A stretch of DNA of 64,000 bases from an uncultured Candidatus Saccharibacteria bacterium (lineage in GTDB: Bacteria > Patescibacteriota > Minisyncoccia > Phycocordibacterales > UBA1550), in the NCBI GenBank assembly GCA_964642305.1, contig CAZXOE010000003.1, positions 33,685 through 97,684 of the forward strand. Direction: 5' to 3'. Positions 1 through 7,687 of this stretch are shown in pieces (the first letter of the stretch is position 1; every line of letters starts with the position of its first letter). A program made the position numbers and the translations under genes. The notes below the pieces were generated by a model. It saw nothing but the letters and a program-made list of their open reading frames with translations, ran no database searches and was not told where the DNA came from.

Positions 1-134
1 TGTCCAGCTGCTGCTGGAATAGGGATGTTCGCAAGCAATCGGAAGATTACAAGAGCAACTAGTATGAATAACACACGACGACGGAGCGTAGAATCCTCTA
101 CAATCATCTTTAGTTTACGAAGTAGTGTTTCCAT
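1..134 (-). CDS. secY: Preprotein translocase SecY, N-terminal fragment (runs off window)
   Basis: rc of 1-134 translates METLLRKLKMIVEDSTLRRRVLFILVALVIFRLLANIPIPAAAAG, a SecY N-terminus; position downstream of rplO as in spc operons. Confidence 0.6.
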   Translation of the reverse strand, partial: METLLRKLKMIVEDSTLRRRVLFILVALVIFRLLANIPIPAAAG

Positions 135-195
135 GGAATTTTGTATCTTCTTTTGTATTTCCTTTCTGAACCTTACAAACTTTTAACTTTATAAA

Positions 196-642
196 CTACT
201 TCACCGTTCCTCCGAGCTTCTCCACTGCAGTCTTTGCAGACTCTGAAATCAAACATCCGCGAATATCAAGCTTTTTATCAAACTCGCCTGACGCAAGAAT
301 CTTCACCATAGGAACTTTGTTACCCTTCTTCTCTACGAGCGCGTGCTCAAGAAGAACCTTTGGAGTAATACGGTCACCATTCTTAAATTCAAGATTTAGT
401 ATTCCTAGATTAATAACAACGTAGTGAGTAAACTCGGTTTTAAACTGATTTCTTGACACACCTTCACCACGAAGCTTTGGAAGCTTCTTGATGGTGTCAC
501 GCATCTGAGGACGCTTGCGGTGCCCTGCGCGAGCGTCCTGGCCTTTTGTTCCACGACCAGAAGTCTTGCCACGCTTGCCTCCACGGCCAACAACCTTCTT
601 TACGGCGCGGGGCTTTCTTGTTTTTACTTCGTGTGCTTGCAT
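196..642 (-). CDS. rplO: 50S ribosomal protein L15
   Basis: ORF translation: Gly/Arg-rich N-terminus and KILASGE...DIRG C-terminus typical of L15; operon position. Confidence 0.9.
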   Translation of the reverse strand: MQAHEVKTRKPRAVKKVVGRGGKRGKTSGRGTKGQDARAGHRKRPQMRDTIKKLPKLRGEGVSRNQFKTEFTHYVVINLGILNLEFKNGDRITPKVLLEHALVEKKGNKVPMVKILASGEFDKKLDIRGCLISESAKTAVEKLGGTVK

Positions 643-659
643 AGTAGTATTATTAAAAT

Positions 660-1370
660 TTACTTGGTCTCTGCTACTGATTTTACTCCCTTTGCGCGAA
701 GCTGTTTCAGCGCTTTGATAGTAGCGCGCGCATTGTTCAATTTGTTCTTTGAACCAGAAAGAATCTTTGCGCGAACATCTTTGATACCAGCGAGCTCTAG
801 CACGTTTCGCACAGAGCTTCCTGCCACCATACCGCGACCTTTTGCTGGCATAATCATCACTGTTGATGAAGACTCTTTTGCAGATACTTCATGAGGAATC
901 ATCATTCCGCTTGTGAGAAGAACCTTGATCATGTTCTTCTTTGCGTTCTTTGTTGCCTTTTCAATAGCGAGAGCAGTATCTGAAGCCTTGCCAATACCTA
1001 CACCCACAGAACCCTTGCGATTGCCTGCAACGAGCGCTACAGAAAATGCAAAACGTCGTCCTCCGGCAACCACACGGGTTACACGACGAATCTGAATGAG
1101 CTTGTTGTCAAACTCTGGCTTCACACGCTCAAATGTTCCACCGCGACCTCCGCGTGGTGAACCCTTGCCTGAACCACCGCGACTAGCGCCTGCCCCTCCT
1201 CTTGCGGGTCCGCGACCAGTTGATGAGCCTCCGCGAGCGCCACCAAAAGATGGGCGTGAAGATGGAGTGCGAGCGCGTCCAGGACGTGAATCTGCTGATT
1301 CAGGAGCGGTCGTTGCTGGCGCAACGGGTGCCGTTGTCTCTGTATTCTGTTGTGTGTTTGTTTCTGTCAT
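660..1370 (-). CDS. rpsE: 30S ribosomal protein S5 with low-complexity N-terminal extension
   Basis: S5 core motifs (RRVTRVVAGGRRFAFSVALVAGN, AIEKATKNAKKN); only 18 nt from rplO, so no rpmD (L30) between them. Confidence 0.9.
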   Translation of the reverse strand: MTETNTQQNTETTAPVAPATTAPESADSRPGRARTPSSRPSFGGARGGSSTGRGPARGGAGASRGGSGKGSPRGGRGGTFERVKPEFDNKLIQIRRVTRVVAGGRRFAFSVALVAGNRKGSVGVGIGKASDTALAIEKATKNAKKNMIKVLLTSGMMIPHEVSAKESSSTVMIMPAKGRGMVAGSSVRNVLELAGIKDVRAKILSGSKNKLNNARATIKALKQLRAKGVKSVAETK

Positions 1371-1384
1371 AAAATTATTAAAAT

Positions 1385-1747
1385 TTAGAATACTAGTCCT
1401 CCCTCGCGTGCGCCATCCGCGAATGCGCGAACGCGTCCTGTGAAGATAAATCCGCCTCGGTCAAACACTACTGCTGAAAGACCTTTAGCTTTTGCGCTCT
1501 TTGCGAGAGCCTCACCAGCTAGCTTTGCGCTTTCAGTCTTCGTCATCTTTTTCTTGGGGCCCTTGAGACCCATGTCTGAAACAGCTGAAAGTGTCAGGCC
1601 TTTTGTGTCGTCAATAATCTGAGCATAAATATAACTGTTTGACTTGAAAATAGCGAGGCGTGGGCGCTCTGAAGTACCCGAAACTTTCGCTCGGATGCGG
1701 TTGTGGCGACGTGCGCGCTGTCCTTTTTTTGTTAATTTAATAGTCAT
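1385..1747 (-). CDS. rplR: 50S ribosomal protein L18
   Basis: RPRLAIFKSNSYIYAQIIDD motif, spc-operon order. Confidence 0.9.
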   Translation of the reverse strand: MTIKLTKKGQRARRHNRIRAKVSGTSERPRLAIFKSNSYIYAQIIDDTKGLTLSAVSDMGLKGPKKKMTKTESAKLAGEALAKSAKAKGLSAVVFDRGGFIFTGRVRAFADGAREGGLVF

Positions 1748-1758
1748 GATCTTTAAAA

Positions 1759-2292
1759 TTAGGCGGACTTCTTACCCTGCTTGCGACGGATGACTTCCGT
1801 AGAGTAGCGGATACCTTTGCCCTTATAAGGCTCTGGTTTCTTTTTTGCGCGAATCTGCGCCGCAAACTGCCCTACAGACTCCTTGTTGATTGACGATAGT
1901 GTGAGCGTATTCTTTTCCTGAAGAACCTTTACATCTTTTGGAATATCCATAGGAACCTTGTGAGAAAAACCAAGGCTAAAAATGAGTACTGTGGGCTGAG
2001 CCTCAACCTTGTAGCCAACACCTTCAATAATAAGCTTCTTTTCAAATGCCTTGTTCACGCCAGCAACCATGTTCACGAGATGCGATGCGTATGTCCCCCA
2101 AAGAGCGCGAGCTTCCTTTGAATTATTCTTTGGAGCAAACACTATCGTGTTTCCTTCTACTTTGATATCTACTGGGCCAGCAAAGTCACGTGAAAGCTCA
2201 CCCAAAGGGCCCTTCACTGTAATTACAGTGTCGTTTTGAGTTACCGTCGATCCTTCTGGAATCGTTACGCCTTTTTTTCCAATTCGTGACAT
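1759..2292 (-). CDS. rplF: 50S ribosomal protein L6
   Basis: MSRIGKKGVTIPEGSTV... L6 signature, operon order. Confidence 0.9.
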   Translation of the reverse strand: MSRIGKKGVTIPEGSTVTQNDTVITVKGPLGELSRDFAGPVDIKVEGNTIVFAPKNNSKEARALWGTYASHLVNMVAGVNKAFEKKLIIEGVGYKVEAQPTVLIFSLGFSHKVPMDIPKDVKVLQEKNTLTLSSINKESVGQFAAQIRAKKKPEPYKGKGIRYSTEVIRRKQGKKSA

Positions 2293-2309
2293 ATAAGTAT
2301 GAGTAATTA

Positions 2310-2699
2310 TTACCAGATCCTAAAAAGAGCCTCACCTCCAACTCGACCTTTCTTTGCTTCATTGCCTGTCATAATGCCCTTTGGTGTAGATATAACCATC
2401 AAACCAAACCCATTTTTTACTGGCTTGATTTCATCCGCGCCAAGATAAAAACGGCGTGAAGGCTTTGACATACGATCTACTTCAGAAACTCGTGGAGATT
2501 TTCCCTCGTACGCAACACCAACCTCAAGGGTCTTTTGAACCTTCTTGCCCTTCTTTGCATAAGAAGTAATGTACCCCTCAGCAAAGAGAACCTTGGCGAT
2601 AGCTTCTTTTACATTAGAAAAAGGCATCTCGACAATGTCCTTGCCGGCTTTACCTCCGTTCTTAATGCGAATAAGCATGTCTGCGATTGGGTCGTGCAT
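2310..2699 (-). CDS. rpsH: 30S ribosomal protein S8
   Basis: DPIADMLIRIKNG S8 N-terminal signature. Confidence 0.9.
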   Translation of the reverse strand: MHDPIADMLIRIKNGGKAGKDIVEMPFSNVKEAIAKVLFAEGYITSYAKKGKKVQKTLEVGVAYEGKSPRVSEVDRMSKPSRRFYLGADEIKPVKNGFGLMVISTPKGIMTGNEAKKGRVGGEALFRIW

Positions 2700-2711
2700 A
2701 ATAAATTGAAA

Positions 2712-2897
2712 TTACCAAGAAGACTTCTTTACTCCGGGGATCTTGCCGTCGTTTGCAAGCTCACGGAAACAAATACGGCAAAGGTCAAAATCGCGCATAT
2801 AACCGCGACGACGGCTACAATTAAAACAGCGACGCACAATACGTGAGCTGAATTTTGGCACCTTATTGGCGCGCGCGGTTACTGATGTTTTTGCCAT
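2712..2897 (-). CDS. rpsZ: 30S ribosomal protein S14, Zn-ribbon type (61 aa)
   Basis: CFNCSRRRGYMRDFDLCRICFRE C4 zinc-ribbon S14-type Z. Confidence 0.85.
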   Translation of the reverse strand: MAKTSVTARANKVPKFSSRIVRRCFNCSRRRGYMRDFDLCRICFRELANDGKIPGVKKSSW

Positions 2898-3037
2898 ATT
2901 GAAGTAGAATGCTGGGGTTTTGGCAATATCGCGCGCAAATTCTTTTGAAGACTATTGCTTGCGCTCAAGTCTTCAAAAGGAGGTGCGCGGATTGCTCAAA
3001 AAACCCACAGATGCATCCTAGCATATAGGGAAATATA

Positions 3038-3184
3038 GTCAACCCTCACACCTACTTTTTCATTATTGCATGGTGTTTTTAATATATTGCCTACAAAAAC
3101 TTCATATACCACTTAGTAGATAGGAATTTCTAGGCAAACTTGGAGCACCAAAAACACGATGAAAAAGTAGGTGTGGGGGTCAAC
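3038..3184. repeat. Palindromic MITE-like element, GGTGTGGGGGT family copy 1 (TIR gtcaaccctcacacctacttttt / aaaaagtaggtgtgggggtcaac)
   Basis: ~22-bp terminal inverted repeats around ~100 bp; the interior also pairs partly (ttttcat / atgaaaa). Confidence 0.6.
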
Positions 3185-3255
3185 AAAAAAGGCGCCTTTT
3201 TGAGACGCCCGTTTGGAATTGCTTTATGTTTTATTATTTTGTTGATTTTGGTTAC

Positions 3256-3507
3256 TTACGCGTGCAAACAACCTACTCCCCCGCCAAATGCGAGGAATGC
3301 CGGCCCACCGAATCGGCGCCCGTAGCTGTTTTCGTTGTCGCTATGGACACCATACAGGTGGACAGGGCGACCCTCAACAGCAAGCCAGTCGTTTGTTTCG
3401 CCCGGAAGACAGCTTGTGTCCAATGACAATCCGCTGTCCCCAGGTTTTGGAAATGGGAGCATTTGAAAACACTCTTTACCTACTATCTTTCTCGGCATAA
3501 TATACAA
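3256..3507 (-). CDS. Hypothetical protein (83 aa) in a locally GC-rich patch
   Basis: ORF only; AAAGGGG 10 nt upstream of ATG; no recognisable domain. Confidence 0.2.
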   Translation of the reverse strand: MYIMPRKIVGKECFQMLPFPKPGDSGLSLDTSCLPGETNDWLAVEGRPVHLYGVHSDNENSYGRRFGGPAFLAFGGGVGCLHA

Positions 3508-3677
3508 CCCCTTTTTGTTAAATTAAAGAACTCTTAACCATAGCCCCATGCCATAGTTAATTACCTTTCATTATACCATTTTAGATAATAAAACGCAATG
3601 GCGCCCGACAGTTTGACAAGAGTAATTTCTAGGAATAGTCTACATACAGCACAGTACAAATAACCAAGGAGAATGCG

Positions 3678-4211
3678 ATGCGCTACTTTATAGCACACAT
3701 TTTAGAGGATTATGTTGCAATATATCATAGCGCGCTTGCTGGCGAGCTTTCCACAGGGTTTGGTGTAAACGCAAGCGCTTCATTGTTTCCAGCACATATC
3801 ACAATCAAGGCGCCATTTAATATGGATGACGTGACAGAGATAAAAGAGGAGCTAAAGAAATTCGCCTCCACTCATTACGCGCCATCATTCACCATTCAGA
3901 ACTTCGGGCACTTTGGTGATAAAGTGATATTCCTTGATGTAGAGCGCAATTGTATGCTCTCTATTCTCGTATGGGATATACAAAACACCATAAAAAAGGT
4001 AACTGATCTAACCTGGGAGAAACACGAGCCATTGGAGATTCTCCATGTCACTATTGCAAAAAATTTTGACACGAAAAAATTTGATGCGATTTGGCATCGT
4101 CTACTGATGAAAAACTCTCCAACATTCAAATTATCATTTAACAATGTCACCCTTCTTCGTTTGGAAGATAATGCTTGGGTAGTAGACAGCGTCTACTACC
4201 TCAACAAATGA
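3678..4211 (+). CDS. 2H phosphoesterase superfamily protein (LigT / 2'-5' RNA ligase-like)
   Basis: Two H-x-T-x motifs (AHITIK and LHVTIA) spaced as in the 2H fold; followed by rho-independent terminator. Confidence 0.6.
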   Translation: MRYFIAHILEDYVAIYHSALAGELSTGFGVNASASLFPAHITIKAPFNMDDVTEIKEELKKFASTHYAPSFTIQNFGHFGDKVIFLDVERNCMLSILVWDIQNTIKKVTDLTWEKHEPLEILHVTIAKNFDTKKFDAIWHRLLMKNSPTFKLSFNNVTLLRLEDNAWVVDSVYYLNK

Positions 4212-4225
4212 TCTGCACTATACTC

Positions 4226-4256
4226 AAAAGCCGCCTTTCAGGCGGCTTTATTTATA
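4226..4256 (+). terminator. Rho-independent terminator after 2H phosphoesterase gene
   Basis: aaaagccgcc tttca ggcggcttt + T-run. Confidence 0.7.
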
Positions 4257-4369
4257 TTTTTGTAGAAATCGTGTGCTTTGTGACAGTGTGATGTTAAAAC
4301 ATTATATTATATATTTCTCTAAACAATTGGCTAAGGGGTGCATCCAGGAGTTTACATCTAGGATGTTTG

Positions 4370-4398
4370 CGTCCAAGACGTGAACTTGCTAGTTCAAA
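4370..4398 (+). repeat. 30-nt double-hairpin repeat, copy A (cgtccaagacgtgaacttgctagttca)
   Basis: Constant CGTCCAAGACGT + hairpin GAAyT-loop-ArTTC; shared by six loci. Confidence 0.6.
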
Positions 4399-4551
4399 GT
4401 CTGCTGATTCGGCCCAAGGCACAGATCTGCTGATTCGTAGCTGTCCTTACTTCATTCACATAATCTCTAGGGTTCTAAAGATTACAATATGCTGTTTCGA
4501 ATTCGCTTCTCATTCACCAGAATGACCTAAGGGTCGAGTACAAAAGCGTGG

Positions 4552-4580
4552 CTGAATTAGCAAATTCACGTCTTGGACGC
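4552..4580 (-). repeat. 30-nt double-hairpin repeat, copy B (inserted into loop of gcgtgg/ccacgc hairpin of the larger element)
   Basis: 28/28 identical to copy E at 57958; absent from the paralogous element at 19082. Confidence 0.6.
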
Positions 4581-4650
4581 TGAGACCACGCGGTATTGAC
4601 CTTTATTAGCTCCTCGGCTCGGTACTGAAAAAGATTACTTTTTTTATCTT

Positions 4651-4678
4651 CGTCCAAGACGCGAATCTGGTGATTCGT
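4651..4678 (+). repeat. 30-nt double-hairpin repeat, copy C (gaatc-tggt-gattc stem variant)
   Basis: cgtccaagacgcgaatctggtgattcg. Confidence 0.55.
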
Positions 4679-4737
4679 CTACGTCGCTAATAAAAAGGCG
4701 ACCGTACGGTCGCCTTGGAATGTGAGCGCAATGAAAT

Positions 4738-5130
4738 TTATTGCACGCGAATGTGGTCAAAAAACTGCGGGTGCTTACGGAATGGTGTTTTGTTTTTGTT
4801 CACACTCTTGCTGTGGTGTGTGGCTGCGAATGCATCAGACCACAAATGACGAGAATGACGCGGGGCACCACGATGATGCAAATGAAGGAAAAAATGATCA
4901 TTGCCTGTGCTACCAAGACTGATTTCTGCTAAACTGCGGATCGCTGGAGATGCAGACTCTTCGCTCCTGTCCGGCATTTCCAAATTGCTGCCTTGTTCAC
5001 TTATCTCGCGAAAACATCCACGATCCTGCGCTTCCAAAAAGTCACCGCCATCATCATTTGGAACAACATATGGGGTTGAAACAAGGTGTCCGCTAAAGAC
5101 TTGTTGCACATCACTGCACATATCAAACAT
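4738..5130 (-). CDS. Hypothetical protein (130 aa)
   Basis: ORF only; no SD; no recognisable domain. Confidence 0.2.
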   Translation of the reverse strand: MFDMCSDVQQVFSGHLVSTPYVVPNDDGGDFLEAQDRGCFREISEQGSNLEMPDRSEESASPAIRSLAEISLGSTGNDHFFLHLHHRGAPRHSRHLWSDAFAATHHSKSVNKNKTPFRKHPQFFDHIRVQ

Positions 5131-5277
5131 TATTATCTCCCTATAAATAAAAGTACTGCGCCCATTACCGCAAACATCTACGGTAAACTATCTAAGATAG
5201 TACAACAAATGCAGGGTATATGCAAATAAAAACATGGCGACATACAGATCGCCATGTTTTTATTTGCATATATTCCT

Positions 5278-5823
5278 CTACTTCTTAAATGGAACTCCGA
5301 TAATATCAAAAAATGCCGTAGCTTCTTTTTTGTTCTTTGCAGTAGTCACAACAGTAACTGCTAAACCGAAAAGGTCTTTTATGTCCTCGTCAGAAACTTC
5401 TGGGAAAATTGTCTGCTCTTTTACGCCGAGAGTTACATTGCCCATTTCATCAATACTCTTTCGGTCATAGCCACGGAAGTCGCGAGTACGAGGGATTGCA
5501 ACATTGAAAAACTTGTCTAGGAAGCCTATCATACGCGCACCTCGGAGTGTTACCGCAACCCCAATCTTGTCGCCTTCGCGGAGCTTAAATGCAGCGATGG
5601 ACTTCTTTGCAGCGCGGAGCGAAGGCTTCTGTCCGGTAATCTTTGCAATGCGTCCCATTACCATTTCGTTGCGGTTCTTATCCTTTGCGCGTCCAGTTGT
5701 CGCGGACACAACCACCTTCACGAGACGAGGAGCGGCAAGCTTGGCCTTGTAGCCAAAATCTTTCTTCATCGCATCAAATGCGCCTGCTTGTTTTTCCTTT
5801 ACTGATTTAAATGCTGATTTCAT
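5278..5823 (-). CDS. rplE: 50S ribosomal protein L5
   Basis: L5 signature (KAKLAAPRLVKVVVS…TLRGARM…FPEV). Confidence 0.9.
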   Translation of the reverse strand: MKSAFKSVKEKQAGAFDAMKKDFGYKAKLAAPRLVKVVVSATTGRAKDKNRNEMVMGRIAKITGQKPSLRAAKKSIAAFKLREGDKIGVAVTLRGARMIGFLDKFFNVAIPRTRDFRGYDRKSIDEMGNVTLGVKEQTIFPEVSDEDIKDLFGLAVTVVTTAKNKKEATAFFDIIGVPFKK

Positions 5824-5839
5824 ATTATTAAAAATTGTT

Positions 5840-6007
5840 GATTTTTAAGGAGTAAGGCGACTATAAAAATCTCACCCAGCTCCTTCTTATTTTTGATTAC
5901 CTTACACTTTTTTTATCCCATATGCAAGTTCCCTGATGATTACAGGAGACTTATGGAATGAAGGGGCTGGGTTTGAAAATCACAGTCGCTTTCACTCCTT
6001 GATTTTC
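5840..6007. repeat. Structured intergenic inverted-repeat element filling the whole rplX–rplE spacer (two inverted ~45-nt units + CCCAGCCCC/GGGCTGGG stem)
   Basis: gatttttaaggagtaaggcgactataaaaatc…cacccagctcc // ggggctgggt…gaaaatcacagtcgctttcactccttgattttc; overlaps rplX stop codon. Confidence 0.65.
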
Positions 6008-6312
6008 TAAAGCTCTGAGCCACTTTTCTTTGTGACGCGAACATTCTTTCCGTCAATCTTTTTGATACCAACGCGTGTGCGCGCTCCCGTCTTTGGGTCC
6101 ACAACCATAACGTTCGAAGCATTGATAGGCATTGCCTTCTCAACAATCTGACCAGCCTTGCCCTTTGTGCGAGACTTCTCGTGAAGCTTTGAAATATTCG
6201 CGCCCTCTACTACCACGCGATTTACAGATGGAAGAACCTCAAGAATTTTACCCTTCTTTCCTTTATCCTTTCCTGTGGTCACGATTACGTTGTCTCCTTT
6301 TTTGAGTTTCAT
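6007..6312 (-). CDS. rplX: 50S ribosomal protein L24
   Basis: KKGDNVIVTTGKDKGKKG KOW motif. Confidence 0.9.
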   Translation of the reverse strand: MKLKKGDNVIVTTGKDKGKKGKILEVLPSVNRVVVEGANISKLHEKSRTKGKAGQIVEKAMPINASNVMVVDPKTGARTRVGIKKIDGKNVRVTKKSGSEL

Positions 6313-6337
6313 AGTAGTAGAGAGTTAATAATATTAA

Positions 6338-6709
6338 TTAAAGCACTTCTGGCGCAAGTGAGCCGATTTTGTTGTAGCCAATTTCAGTAATCTCGCGAGG
6401 GATTGGTCCAAAAATACGACTTCCTTTTGCCTCCTTCTTTGCCTTGTCAACAACAATAACAGCGTTGTCGTCAAAACGAATATACGAACCATCCTTGCGA
6501 CGATAGGCATTGCGAGTACGAACAACAAGCCCAGTGAGAACATCCTTCTTCTTTACAGACTTGCGAGGCTCTGCAACCTGCACAGAGAAAACAACCAAGT
6601 CGCCAATCATTGCGTAGCGCTTCTTTGAGCTTCCTAGCACTTTGAACACGCGTCCGATTTTCCCGCCGGTGTTGTCTGCTATTTTTACGATTGTTTGTGG
6701 TTGAATCAT
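6338..6709 (-). CDS. rplN: 50S ribosomal protein L14
   Basis: MIQPQTIVKIADNTG L14 N-terminus. Confidence 0.9.
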   Translation of the reverse strand: MIQPQTIVKIADNTGGKIGRVFKVLGSSKKRYAMIGDLVVFSVQVAEPRKSVKKKDVLTGLVVRTRNAYRRKDGSYIRFDDNAVIVVDKAKKEAKGSRIFGPIPREITEIGYNKIGSLAPEVL

Positions 6710-6734
6710 GGTTTTATTGTTACTTACTCAATTT

Positions 6735-7013
6735 TTATGCAGATTGTTTTCCGATGACCTTGAATGATTTGTCTTTTGAAATTGGACGACATTCCTCAAT
6801 AACTACTTTGTCTCCTTCTTTATATGCTCCTGCTTCGTCGTGCGCTTTATATTTCTTTGAGATGTTCATAAACTTTCCATACTTTGGGTGCTTTACGAAA
6901 CGATTTACAAGGACGGTAACAGTCTTCATCATTTTGTCAGACACTATAACTCCCTGAAGTTGTTTTCGTGTTGTATTGCTTGTTTCAGCAGTTTTTTTTG
7001 TAGTTTTTTCCAT
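6735..7013 (-). CDS. rpsQ: 30S ribosomal protein S17
   Basis: [16 protein letters not shown]…HDE S17 pattern. Confidence 0.85.
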   Translation of the reverse strand: MEKTTKKTAETSNTTRKQLQGVIVSDKMMKTVTVLVNRFVKHPKYGKFMNISKKYKAHDEAGAYKEGDKVVIEECRPISKDKSFKVIGKQSA

Positions 7014-7023
7014 ATTAGTAATG

Positions 7024-7236
7024 TTATGCGGTTACAGCTTTGCTCTTTCGTACATTCTCCTCCGTAAGAATACGCGCGATTTCCCTGCGCGCAGTCATAT
7101 GAGCTTTCACATTCTTTTTTGCGGAGCCTGCAATGTCAAAACGAAATGCGCGAACAGTCTCCCTTTTTTCTGCAAGGAGTTTTACCAAATCTTCGGCGCT
7201 TGTTTTTTTAATTTCTTTCATAAAAGTATTTTGCAA
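7024..7236 (-). CDS. rpmC: 50S ribosomal protein L29
   Basis: 70 aa, [17 protein letters not shown] pattern, operon order. Confidence 0.85.
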   Translation of the reverse strand: MQNTFMKEIKKTSAEDLVKLLAEKRETVRAFRFDIAGSAKKNVKAHMTARREIARILTEENVRKSKAVTA

Positions 7237-7246
7237 TTATATAAAA

Positions 7247-7678
7247 CTAGGCAGTCTCTACACGGCGAACGATGCGTGTCTTCAAAGGAAGCTTTGCTCC
7301 GGCTTTCTTGAGCGCCTTTACCGCCGTAGCTTCATCAACACCATCAACTTCAAAAAGCATACGACCTGGACGCACTTCAAACACGTATCCATGGAGCTCT
7401 CCTTTACCTTTACCCATACCTACTTGCGCTCCCTTCTGTGTCCATGGTCTGTCCGGGAAAATGCGGATCCACATCTTGCCAACTTTTGTGATAGTGCGAA
7501 CGATAGCCTTGCGTGATGCTTCAATTTGGTTTGACTTTACACGAGCCTGTGTTTCAGCCTTGAGTCCATATGAACCGAAAGCAAGCGTGATACCACGAGT
7601 TTCTGGTGCAGCAAGTTTAGCCTCGCTCTTGCGAGCGTTTTGCCACTTTCTGTATTTTACTTTCTTTGGGAATAACAT
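7247..7678 (-). CDS. rplP: 50S ribosomal protein L16
   Basis: MLFPKKVKYRKWQ…RMGKGKG L16 signature. Confidence 0.9.
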   Translation of the reverse strand: MLFPKKVKYRKWQNARKSEAKLAAPETRGITLAFGSYGLKAETQARVKSNQIEASRKAIVRTITKVGKMWIRIFPDRPWTQKGAQVGMGKGKGELHGYVFEVRPGRMLFEVDGVDEATAVKALKKAGAKLPLKTRIVRRVETA

Positions 7679-7687
7679 GATGGTGTA

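Larger units (their letters stand above)
4497..4722 (+). repeat. Modular ~150-nt intergenic element, copy 1 (carries nested 30-nt repeat copies B and C, ends in terminator hairpin)
   Basis: Blocks tcgaattcgcttc…caaaagcgtggc…agagaccacgcggtattgacc…ttagctcctcggctcggtactgaaaaagattactttt…ctacgtcgctaataaa shared with 19082-19246. Confidence 0.6.

Noticed and set aside
4300-4730. Possible tmRNA, SRP or RNase P RNA (gctgattcg / gaatctggtgattcg reminiscent of the tmRNA 5' end)
   Set aside because: No tRNA-like acceptor/T-arm pairing or tag reading frame is present. No GGAAAGUCCGG (RNase P) or GGAAGCAGCCAAGG (SRP) cores are present. The words instead belong to a dispersed repeat family found in both orientations, including inside a CDS.
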